A DNA stretch of 64,000 nt, taken from assembly GCA_902534495.1 (NCBI GenBank), contig CACAQC010000002.1, positions 14,517 through 78,516 on the forward strand, read 5' to 3'. Every line of letters starts with the position of its first letter. Positions within the stretch are counted from its first letter, which is position 1. Both the position numbers and the translations under genes were made by a program. Below are positions 10,032 to 18,101 of this stretch, piece by piece. The notes beneath the pieces are model-generated. The model had not been told where the DNA came from. It did not search any database and saw nothing but the letters and a program-made list of their open reading frames with translations. This DNA is from an uncultured Candidatus Actinomarina sp. Lineage in GTDB: Bacteria > Actinomycetota > Acidimicrobiia > Actinomarinales > Actinomarinaceae.

Positions 10032-10445
10032 TTGTTATCTAGTTCACCATATGCACTTGGTGTCATATTTGTAACACTCGCACTTATGTGGGTTTTACAA
10101 ATGTATCTTGCTAAAAAACAGGCTACTGGTTTCTTAGATGCAGTAAACAGCATTAAAGGACCTGGCTTGGAAGTCGCTATAGGTGTAAATCAACCTAAAT
10201 GGGGGAGAAAAAAAATCTATCTAGCAATCTCTGCTGATGTAAATTCAACCATTGTTAACGGTCTTACTCTGGAGGGGGTAACTACTTTTGCAAAAAGTAA
10301 AAAAGTTTCGTTATTTAATGGCAAAACATTAAATGAAATTGCTAACTCAGAAAACAAAGAACCTATCTGGGATGCTGCCAAAATGGCAGCTGACACTTTG
10401 ATAAAAAAACTTCAAAGTAAAGCGGATAGTAATTCGACAAATTAA
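10032..10445 (+). CDS. gutM: GutM/SrlM-like glucitol operon protein
   Basis: N-terminal hydrophobic WVLQMYL..Q and GVTTFAK motif; precedes srlA. Confidence 0.7.
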   Translation: MLSSSPYALGVIFVTLALMWVLQMYLAKKQATGFLDAVNSIKGPGLEVAIGVNQPKWGRKKIYLAISADVNSTIVNGLTLEGVTTFAKSKKVSLFNGKTLNEIANSENKEPIWDAAKMAADTLIKKLQSKADSNSTN

Positions 10446-10463
10446 TTATAAGGAGGGGGAGAT

Positions 10464-11006
10464 ATGGATGCTTTGGTAGCAGGCGCAGAAGCCTTTATCC
10501 AAGTATTTAGAACCGCTGCTGATGTGTTTGTTGGTTTCACAACTGGAATTATTCCAATTGTGGTTGTGTTCTTGACTGCAGTTAACGCTTTAGTCAAGTT
10601 CATTGGTGAGGAAAGAGTTGAGGGCTTTGCAAAATGGGCTTCTCAAGAAGGGGCACTTTACATGCCTGTTCGTTATACTCTTTTACCGTTTGTAGCTGTA
10701 TTTATGCTTACTAATCCAGTTTGCTATACATTCGGTACCTTTTTGCCTGAAAAACATAAACCAGCATTTTATGATTCAGCAGTAAGCTTTGTTCATCCCA
10801 TTACAGGAATTTTTCCACATGCGAATGGTGGAGAGTTATTTGTATGGTTAGGGATTGCAGCAGGTGTAGAAATAGTTGCACCAGATATGGTAACTGCTTT
10901 AGCAGTTAGATATCTTCTTGCTGGCCTTGTAGTCATATTAATTAGAGGTATCGTAACTGATATTATCTATAACATTATGACGTCAAGAAGGGCAGGTGTT
11001 GAATAA
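10464..11006 (+). CDS. srlA: Glucitol-family PTS EIIC1 component
   Basis: TGIIP, NALVKFIGEERV, LPEKHKPAFYDSAVSFVHP, FPHANGGELFVWLGIA. Confidence 0.92.
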   Translation: MDALVAGAEAFIQVFRTAADVFVGFTTGIIPIVVVFLTAVNALVKFIGEERVEGFAKWASQEGALYMPVRYTLLPFVAVFMLTNPVCYTFGTFLPEKHKPAFYDSAVSFVHPITGIFPHANGGELFVWLGIAAGVEIVAPDMVTALAVRYLLAGLVVILIRGIVTDIIYNIMTSRRAGVE

Positions 11007-11530
11007 TGCAAGCTTTAATAGAGAGAATTGGTCGATCAGTTGGCGGCGTGGTTGGAACATTGTTCCAAGCAGGTCGAGATGCTGTTGACCTATGTTTAAA
11101 AACAATAATTCCATTTATGGCATTCGTTACTTTTGTCATTGGTTTAATTTTAGAAACCGGTGTTGGTGACGCTATTGCAAATGGTATTAAAGGTTTTGCA
11201 AGCAGTTTAGGCGGATTAATGATAGTTTGTATCATATGCGCAATACCTGTTTTATCACCACTACTAGGACCTGGTGCAGTAATTGCTCAGATCGTTGGTG
11301 TATTAATTGGTACTGAAATTGGACGTGGAAACATTGATGTTTCAATGGCGCTTCCAGCTTTATTTGCAATTAACCCACAGGTTGGTTGTGACTTCGTACC
11401 GGTTGGTCTGGCTCTTGGTGAAGCAGAACCGGAGACAGTTACGGTTGGTGTTCCAGCAGTTCTAACAAGTAGAATGATTACTGGACCAATCTCAGTCGTT
11501 GTTGGTTATTTATTTGCACTAGGTTTGTAA
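11006..11530 (+). CDS. Glucitol-family PTS EIIC2 (C-terminal half of SrlE as a separate gene)
   Basis: IPFMAFV, LSPLLGPGAVIAQIVG, ALPALFAINPQVGCDFVPVGL, ETVTVGVP. Confidence 0.9.
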   Translation: MQALIERIGRSVGGVVGTLFQAGRDAVDLCLKTIIPFMAFVTFVIGLILETGVGDAIANGIKGFASSLGGLMIVCIICAIPVLSPLLGPGAVIAQIVGVLIGTEIGRGNIDVSMALPALFAINPQVGCDFVPVGLALGEAEPETVTVGVPAVLTSRMITGPISVVVGYLFALGL

Positions 11531-11556
11531 AGACATAACTTAACAATTTTTAAATT

Positions 11557-11595
11557 TGTAACGCTCTGACTAAAATCAGAGCGTTACATATTTTT
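11557..11595 (+). terminator. Perfect 13-bp hairpin with T-rich tail inside the PTS operon (terminator, attenuator or stability element)
   Basis: TGTAACGCTCTGA-ctaaaa-TCAGAGCGTTACA followed by TATTTTT. Confidence 0.65.
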
Positions 11596-11607
11596 AGAGG
11601 AGAAACT

Positions 11608-11985
11608 ATGGCAAATTATAAAAAAGTAAAAGTAGAAGCAGGGCCGAGTGGTTGGGGAGGCCCTTTAGAAATACAACCAACCGATGAAAAAAAATACATT
11701 GTTTGTGTTACCGGTGGAGGAATTCATCCAGTTGCTCAAAAAATTGCTGATTTAACTGGGGCGGAAGCCTTTGATGGTTTTAAATCATCGCCAGAGGGAA
11801 GCTTTAAAGCAATGGCTTGTGCAGTAATTGATTGTGGAGGAACTGCGAGAATCGGTGTATATCCTATGAAGGGCGTACCAACGATTGATATTCATGACAC
11901 TACACCAGCAGGTCCACTCGCCCAATTTATTAAAGAAGAGAACTTTGTTTCTGGAGTTTCTGAGGATCAAGTTACTGAAGCTTAA
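11608..11985 (+). CDS. Glucitol-family PTS EIIB (N-terminal half of SrlE as a separate gene)
   Basis: GPSGWGGPL, VTGGGIHPVA, IDCGGTARIGVYP (phospho-Cys), GPLAQFIKEENFVSGV; SD GAGGAG. Confidence 0.9.
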   Translation: MANYKKVKVEAGPSGWGGPLEIQPTDEKKYIVCVTGGGIHPVAQKIADLTGAEAFDGFKSSPEGSFKAMACAVIDCGGTARIGVYPMKGVPTIDIHDTTPAGPLAQFIKEENFVSGVSEDQVTEA

Positions 11986-12344
11986 TGCAAATTTATTCTT
12001 CAGAAATAGTAAGAATAGGCGAACAAGCTAATTTATTTTTAGATGAAGGAATCGTAGTTTTTTTCGGTGACAATGCACCAGAGGAACTCCAAGATTTTGC
12101 AGTCATACATAAACTAGAGCAAATATCTGGTGAAATTGTAGTTGGAACAAAAATAAGTCTTTCAGACTCTAATTTAGAAGTTGTCTCTGTAGGGCCTGTA
12201 GCCAATGAAAACTTTAAAAATTTGGGTCACTTAGTTTTAAAACTCGACTCTTCAACTGAAGAAGCACAGCTTGGAGATGTCAGGTGTACATTTGATAACA
12301 AACCGAATATAAAAATTGGGGATAATTTAAGGATAAACAATTGA
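11985..12344 (+). CDS. srlB: Glucitol-family PTS EIIA
   Basis: FGDNAPEELQDFAVIH, VGPVANENFKNLGHL. Confidence 0.9.
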   Translation: MQIYSSEIVRIGEQANLFLDEGIVVFFGDNAPEELQDFAVIHKLEQISGEIVVGTKISLSDSNLEVVSVGPVANENFKNLGHLVLKLDSSTEEAQLGDVRCTFDNKPNIKIGDNLRINN

Positions 12345-13594
12345 ACTATACAGAACTATTAATTGCTCGTGAAAAAGACTTAGGCAGACCAGTAAGAGTT
12401 GGGTTGGCTGGTGCTGGCCAAATGGGTTCTGGTCTTGCTGCACAAATCGGGAAAATACCAGGAATGAGCCTTGTCGCTTGCGCTGATATAGATATTGGAA
12501 GAGCTGAGAATGCATTACGTCTTGCTGGAGTTGAGTATGTAAAACACAACAAGGAGGCGTCAAAGTCTATCGAAAGTGGACAAGGTGGTGTAGTAGATAA
12601 TGCATCTGCTCTTGCAGAACTACCAATAGATATTGTATTCGAAGCAACTGGTGTGCCATGGGTTGGTGCGGAGGTTGCTGATGCCTGTATTGAAGCACAA
12701 AAACATATACTCATGTTAAATGTAGAGACAGATGTCACAATAGGGATGTATTTAGCAAATAAAGCAAATAAAAATAATGTAGTTTATAGTGTTGCAAATG
12801 GTGATGAACCAGTTGCATGTAAAGAGTTATATGACTTCTCAGTGGATTTAGGTTTTGAGATAGTGTGTGTTGGAAAAGGAAAAAACAACCCACTAGATCA
12901 AACTGCAAACCCTGATACCTGTTTAGAAAAAGCTACCAAGAAGAATATGAATCCAAAAATGCTAGCAAGTTTTGAAGATGGTTCAAAAACTATGATTGAA
13001 ATGACTGCTTTGGCAAATGCAATAAATTTACCACCAGATCAAATCGGAATGAACGGACCAGTAAGTTCTGTAGAGGAATTGAACAAAGTCCTTATCCCTC
13101 AAGCTGATGGGGGTGTTCTAAGTGAATCTGGAAGAGTTGACTATGCATTTGGACCAGCACCCGGAGTATTTTCTATTGTGAAATCGGATAACCCAACTGT
13201 TATTGAAGAAATGGAGTATTTATCTATGGGAGAAGGTCCATATTACACTCTTTACAGGCCTTATCATCTAGCTTCAATTGAAGCACCTAGAAGTATTGGG
13301 ATGGCCATCATAAACAATGAACCTGGGTTACAACCAAAATCATGGATTGCAGAAGTTATTGGTCATGCAAAAAAAGACCTAAAAAAAGGTGAAAAGATAG
13401 ATGGAATTGGGGGATTTGCCACATACGGTGTTACTTACCCTGTTGCAAATACAAACAATTTAATTCCACTTGGATTATTAGAAGGTGCAACTGTTATTAA
13501 AGAACTAAAAAAAGGTGAACCAATAACAAAAGATTCAGTTGAACTTCCGGAAAATTTAATTAATAGTTTAAGAAAACTTCAAGAAGCTAGTTAA
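12341..13594 (+). CDS. DXR-II/DRL-family (COG4091) NAD(P)-dependent oxidoreductase with C-terminal SAF domain; putative DXP/MEP reductoisomerase
   Basis: GLAGAGQMG Rossmann fold, NVETDVTIG, GDEP, GKGKNNPL, FEDGSKTMIEM, LIPQADGGVL, RPYHLASIE; motifs recalled from Brucella DRL. Confidence 0.8.
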   Translation: MNYTELLIAREKDLGRPVRVGLAGAGQMGSGLAAQIGKIPGMSLVACADIDIGRAENALRLAGVEYVKHNKEASKSIESGQGGVVDNASALAELPIDIVFEATGVPWVGAEVADACIEAQKHILMLNVETDVTIGMYLANKANKNNVVYSVANGDEPVACKELYDFSVDLGFEIVCVGKGKNNPLDQTANPDTCLEKATKKNMNPKMLASFEDGSKTMIEMTALANAINLPPDQIGMNGPVSSVEELNKVLIPQADGGVLSESGRVDYAFGPAPGVFSIVKSDNPTVIEEMEYLSMGEGPYYTLYRPYHLASIEAPRSIGMAIINNEPGLQPKSWIAEVIGHAKKDLKKGEKIDGIGGFATYGVTYPVANTNNLIPLGLLEGATVIKELKKGEPITKDSVELPENLINSLRKLQEAS

Positions 13595-13604
13595 ATAGTC
13601 TTTA

Positions 13605-14564
13605 ATGACACTTAGTACAACCACTCAATTAGAACTTCATCGAATGATGATGCTGATTAGGTTGTTTGAGGAAGCACTAGAAGAAATGTTTTCAAGAGGC
13701 TTGCTCCATGGGACCATGCATCTATCTATAGGTCAAGAAGCTACAGCAGCTGGTGCATGTTTAGCTCTTCAAAAAGATGACTTAATTACTTCGACACACA
13801 GAGGGCATGGACATTGTCTTGCAAAAGGAGCCGAACCTTACAAGATGTTTGCAGAGTTACTCGGAAGAGAAGATGGATATTGTAGAGGCCGTGGTGGATC
13901 AATGCATATTGCTGATTTGTCAAATGGCAATCTTGGTGCCAATGGAATTGTTGCTGGCAGTTTAACAATTTCTGTTGGGGCAGCTTTATCATTCCAAATG
14001 CAAAAAAAAGACAATATTATCCTCTGTTTCTTTGGAGATGGAGCGGTTAATGAAGGCTCATTTCATGAGGCTTTAAATTTAGCATCGCTATGGAGTCTTC
14101 CAGTGTTATTTTTATGTGAGAATAATCAGTATGGAATGTCAATGGCAACTGACAAAGCGGTTGCTGGCGACTCAATTGCATCCAGAGGAAATTCTTATGG
14201 AATAGAGAGTATTCAAATTGATGGTAACGATGTCGAGGCTGTTTATAAAAATGTATTAAATTTTAAGAATAACATTTTATCGTCTGGAGGCCCAAAATTT
14301 ATTGAAGCAGTTACATATCGCTATAGGGGACACTCAAAATCTGATAGAAACTTATACAGAACAAGTGATGAAATTGAATATTGGAAAGAAGAAAAAGACC
14401 CTATAAAAAGATACATTGGAAAATTAATTGAGTCTGGAATTAGTGAAGATCAACTAAAAGATATTGATACAGATATTAAGGATTTAATTAGAAAATCGGT
14501 TAAGCAGGCATTAGATTCTCCGCTCAGTCCGATAACAAATTTAGAAGAGGATTCGTATGCCTGA
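13605..14564 (+). CDS. TPP-dependent dehydrogenase E1 alpha (AcoA/PdhA-like)
   Basis: HLSIGQEA, THRGHGH, GRGGSMH, GDGA...ENNQY TPP motif, TYRYRGHS. Confidence 0.92.
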   Translation: MTLSTTTQLELHRMMMLIRLFEEALEEMFSRGLLHGTMHLSIGQEATAAGACLALQKDDLITSTHRGHGHCLAKGAEPYKMFAELLGREDGYCRGRGGSMHIADLSNGNLGANGIVAGSLTISVGAALSFQMQKKDNIILCFFGDGAVNEGSFHEALNLASLWSLPVLFLCENNQYGMSMATDKAVAGDSIASRGNSYGIESIQIDGNDVEAVYKNVLNFKNNILSSGGPKFIEAVTYRYRGHSKSDRNLYRTSDEIEYWKEEKDPIKRYIGKLIESGISEDQLKDIDTDIKDLIRKSVKQALDSPLSPITNLEEDSYA

Positions 14565-15540
14565 GTTAACAACCGGACAGGCACTAAATAAAGCCCTTAG
14601 TTTGATATTAGAACAAAACCCTACAGCGTTTATTGCTGGTGAAGATATTGGAATTTACGGCGGTGCCTTTGGAGTTACCGATGGACTCCTAGCTCAATAT
14701 GGAGAGGAGAGAATTAAAGACACTCCAATTGCTGAAGATGTCATCGCTGGTTTAGCTGTTGGAGCATCAATGACAGGCGGAAAGCCTATTGTTGAAATGC
14801 AGTTTAGTGATTTTATTGTAAATGCAATGGATCCAATTGTTAATCAAGCTGCAAAGCTTCATTTTATGTATGGTGGATCGGTAAATGTACCAATAATCGT
14901 CAGAGGCGCTAGTGGAGCTGGGACTGGGGCCGCAGCACAACATAGCCAGTCACTTGAATCATGGTTTTGCCATGTTCCGGGATTAAAAGTAGTCACACCT
15001 TCAAATCCTCAGAATGCTTATGATCTATTGTTGCATTCTTTTGTCGATCCTAACCCAGTTATTTTTATGGAACATAAGTTAATATATAAAATCAAAGACA
15101 ATGTAGAACTTAATGATATTCCCAAGGAATCAAGCATGTTGGGTAAAGCAAATCTTATTAAAGAAGGAAACGACATGACAATAGTTGCCTACTCAAATAT
15201 GGTAAATGTTGCAAAAGAAGCATTAGCTGCTGAGGAATTACAAAATTGTTCAATTGAACTAATCGACCTTCAGACAGTTTCACCAATAGATTACGATACT
15301 ATTAAAAATTCACTCAAAAAAACAAAAAGACTTTTAGTTTGTCAGGAAGCTCCTTCCAATAGTTCTGTAGGAACAACCGTAGTTTCAAAAATTGTTGAAA
15401 GTGAGTTATTTCATCAACTCGAGGTTGCTCCAAAGCTGGTCTCAGGATTACATTCACCCATGCCCTCTGCAAAACACCTCGAATTAAATGTTATTCCCCA
15501 AGCCGAAGACATTACTAATGCAGTTAAAAGTATGTTATAA
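14557..15540 (+). CDS. TPP-dependent dehydrogenase E1 beta (AcoB/PdhB-like)
   Basis: GEDIGIYGG, DTPIAE, EMQFSDF, AAQHSQSLE, PGLKVV, NPVIFMEHK. Confidence 0.92.
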   Translation: MPELTTGQALNKALSLILEQNPTAFIAGEDIGIYGGAFGVTDGLLAQYGEERIKDTPIAEDVIAGLAVGASMTGGKPIVEMQFSDFIVNAMDPIVNQAAKLHFMYGGSVNVPIIVRGASGAGTGAAAQHSQSLESWFCHVPGLKVVTPSNPQNAYDLLLHSFVDPNPVIFMEHKLIYKIKDNVELNDIPKESSMLGKANLIKEGNDMTIVAYSNMVNVAKEALAAEELQNCSIELIDLQTVSPIDYDTIKNSLKKTKRLLVCQEAPSNSSVGTTVVSKIVESELFHQLEVAPKLVSGLHSPMPSAKHLELNVIPQAEDITNAVKSML

Positions 15541-15548
15541 ATATATAT

Positions 15549-15821
15549 ATGGCAAAAGAAAAAATTCAATTACCGGCAATGTCTGATCAAATGACAGAAG
15601 CTGAAATTTTAAGTTGGAAAGTTGACGTTGGTTCAAAGATTGAAAAGGGTGCCACGATATGTGAAATCTCTACTGACAAAGTTGATATGGATCTAGAATC
15701 ACCTTACTCCGGAGAAATTACTGACTTAGCATGTGAAGAGGGTGATATAGTAAATGTTGGTGACACAATAGCTGAAATAGAAACTGAAGAAGACAGTCTT
15801 TTAGGTTCAATATTCGATTAA
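15549..15821 (+). CDS. Stand-alone lipoyl-carrier domain
   Basis: EISTDKVDMDLESP lipoyl-Lys motif; 90 aa with no E2 catalytic domain. Confidence 0.85.
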   Translation: MAKEKIQLPAMSDQMTEAEILSWKVDVGSKIEKGATICEISTDKVDMDLESPYSGEITDLACEEGDIVNVGDTIAEIETEEDSLLGSIFD

Positions 15822-16205
15822 TCAGCAGTTGCTGTAGGTAGTAATCTTTATGTATTCCTGAGTTTCTTCCTTAACAAAAACTCCCGATTTATGCACACAA
15901 GAAGAATTAAGCGCGACACTTTCTTTTACTATTAAATCGCAATTTACATTTAAATCTTCATAAACTTTCTTGTAATAATTCAAACAATCATTAATTTTCT
16001 TCTCGGCGTTATTTTTATTTTGTTGAGATAACGTAATCACGATGTTTTCATTTGTGATTTCAATATTTTCTGGATCAATATAGAAAGTTTCTTCATATAG
16101 GTTATCAAGTGTATTGCTTGTTTCAGTAGTTAAAAAACCTGATGCACTTGAGGAAATAATTGCTAAAAAACCTGCCCCCAGAAGGATATAAATTAAATTT
16201 TTCAT
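15822..16205 (-). CDS. Hypothetical exported or membrane-anchored protein
   Basis: N-terminal signal/TM segment; abuts the lipoyl gene stop. Confidence 0.6.
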   Translation of the reverse strand: MKNLIYILLGAGFLAIISSSASGFLTTETSNTLDNLYEETFYIDPENIEITNENIVITLSQQNKNNAEKKINDCLNYYKKVYEDLNVNCDLIVKESVALNSSCVHKSGVFVKEETQEYIKITTYSNC

Positions 16206-16298
16206 AAGTGAATTATAAAATGTCTTAATTCATCATAACTCTATATTCTGACAAATAGTGATTAAGAATTTAACGAATTATGACTAATATATTACATC

Positions 16299-16625
16299 AT
16301 GGCAGTAGAAAAAAAATTTAGAATACTAATTTATCCTGGTTTGCATACTCGCCCGGGTGCTAAATTTGTAGAGTTATGTAACAAGTTTGAAAGCGACATC
16401 GAAATTCTTTTTAACGATAAGGTTGCAAATGGCAAAAGTATTATCAACATAATGACCATGGCTGCGCCACAAAATGGGGAAATAACGATAAAAGTTAATG
16501 GTGTTGATGAAGAAATATTAATTAATGAATTAACAGATTGGCATGTTGAGGCTCACAAGTCTAAGGAAGATTTTGATAATTCACCAGACAAGCATGAGTT
16601 GCTGAAAGCTTTTGAAATAATTTAA
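16299..16625 (+). CDS. ptsH: Phosphocarrier protein HPr
   Basis: GLHTRPGAKFV (His15), NGKSIINIM (Ser46). Confidence 0.9.
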   Translation: MAVEKKFRILIYPGLHTRPGAKFVELCNKFESDIEILFNDKVANGKSIINIMTMAAPQNGEITIKVNGVDEEILINELTDWHVEAHKSKEDFDNSPDKHELLKAFEII

Positions 16626-18101
16626 CTAGGGGATATCTTTATCTGTTCTGTTAACCACAATAAGGCTTCCTAGATCTCCAGCTAAGATCAAACGGCCATC
16701 CTTTGCAATCGTGATATCACGAATTCTTTCACCTATGTATATTTCACCTACATGAATGATGCTCGTTCCTTCGGAGTCAAGCTTCAAAGTATAAATTGTC
16801 ATATCTTTAAGACTTGTTATAAAGATGAAGTCGTTCCATCTTGGAAATTCACTACCTTTGTAAATTGTAAGTTCACTTATTCCGATAGATGGTGTGAAGA
16901 AGTATATTGGCTCTTCATATTTTTCATCGTGATCAAGTTCATAGATATTTTCTAATCCGTAAGTAAATCCATATGCACTGGAAGGCCAACCATAATTTCT
17001 GCCTTGAAGAACAATGTTGAGCTCATCTCCTCCAAAAGGCCCATGTTCAGTGGATAAAATTGTCTCTCCATTAATAATTAAACCTTGTGGGTTTCTATGC
17101 CCAGAAGAATAAATATCTGAATTCCAACCTCTGTCTAAAAACAAAATTTTTCCCAAATGTGACTCTTCACTAATTTGTAATTTAAAATCTTCAGGTAATT
17201 TGAAATCGCCCACTGTTAAAAGATATCCACCATTAAACTCTTTTATCCTTCCTCCAGCGTGATGAGAATTAAAATTTTCATAACAGTCATCTATGTTATA
17301 CACCCATGAAAAATCTAAATTTGCGGTGTTGAACTCTGCACTAAGAACACCCAGAGTAAAACAATTCTTCGCAAAATCTTTTTTAATTGCAGTTATCAAA
17401 ATTAAATTATTTTTTTCATCAAAAGAACTATCTCTTAAACCCATCCTTGATGAATAATCAGAACCCTTAACAATCGATGTATATTCTTGATCTTGAATTA
17501 TCTGGTTTAAATTTGTTTTAACTTCTTGAACTGTACCATCGACCATGCTCATTTTCACTATATTCCCCATACCACCAAACATAAAAATCTCATCATTAAT
17601 TGATTCAACAAAAAATGAGGGAAGCAATCCTGAAGTGTATTTTGTGAAGTACTCTGTAAAGTCGATTTTTGTTACATCTGAGTTATGAAAATCACCTTGA
17701 ACATTGAACTCTATACTAAATTTACTGGGCTCGATATTCTTTTGCAGACTGAGAATATCTACTGGTAAAGGTATAATTCCAAGAACAGCCATCTTATCGA
17801 TAACATTCCTATCAAGTGGATTCATAACCCTTCCACCTTCTTCTATTCCATTTTTTAAGTCTTCTTTAGAAAATACAATCAACACTCCATCAGGATCAAT
17901 TTCTGAATCAACCCTTAGAGCAACAAAATTGCCATCATTGCTTTTGCCAATATATTCTTGCCAATTGGAGTTTGAAACTTCAATTTTATTAGTAGTAGAG
18001 CCAATAATGTCATTTAACGAACTTACACTGATTGGAGTAGACGAATTACTGCAGAAAGAAATTAAAAAAAATACTGTTAAAACTAGTCTTATAGACCTCA
18101 C
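16626..18101 (-). CDS. Exported PQQ-dependent sugar dehydrogenase (glucose/sorbosone dehydrogenase family)
   Basis: HHAGGRI, SSGHRNPQG, TEHGPFGGDELN, GRNYGWP, GERIRDI; signal peptide. Confidence 0.8.
   Translation of the reverse strand: MRSIRLVLTVFFLISFCSNSSTPISVSSLNDIIGSTTNKIEVSNSNWQEYIGKSNDGNFVALRVDSEIDPDGVLIVFSKEDLKNGIEEGGRVMNPLDRNVIDKMAVLGIIPLPVDILSLQKNIEPSKFSIEFNVQGDFHNSDVTKIDFTEYFTKYTSGLLPSFFVESINDEIFMFGGMGNIVKMSMVDGTVQEVKTNLNQIIQDQEYTSIVKGSDYSSRMGLRDSSFDEKNNLILITAIKKDFAKNCFTLGVLSAEFNTANLDFSWVYNIDDCYENFNSHHAGGRIKEFNGGYLLTVGDFKLPEDFKLQISEESHLGKILFLDRGWNSDIYSSGHRNPQGLIINGETILSTEHGPFGGDELNIVLQGRNYGWPSSAYGFTYGLENIYELDHDEKYEEPIYFFTPSIGISELTIYKGSEFPRWNDFIFITSLKDMTIYTLKLDSEGTSIIHVGEIYIGERIRDITIAKDGRLILAGDLGSLIVVNRTDKDIP

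Noticed and set aside
10032..13594. Ordinary sorbitol utilisation operon
   Set aside because: No short-chain SrlD or SrlR in the locus; the downstream enzymes are DXR-II-like and E1. Sorbitol transport itself is not excluded
13605..15821. Standard pyruvate dehydrogenase operon or E2 pseudogene
   Set aside because: No E2 core or E3 remnant follows; the next gene abuts on the opposite strand
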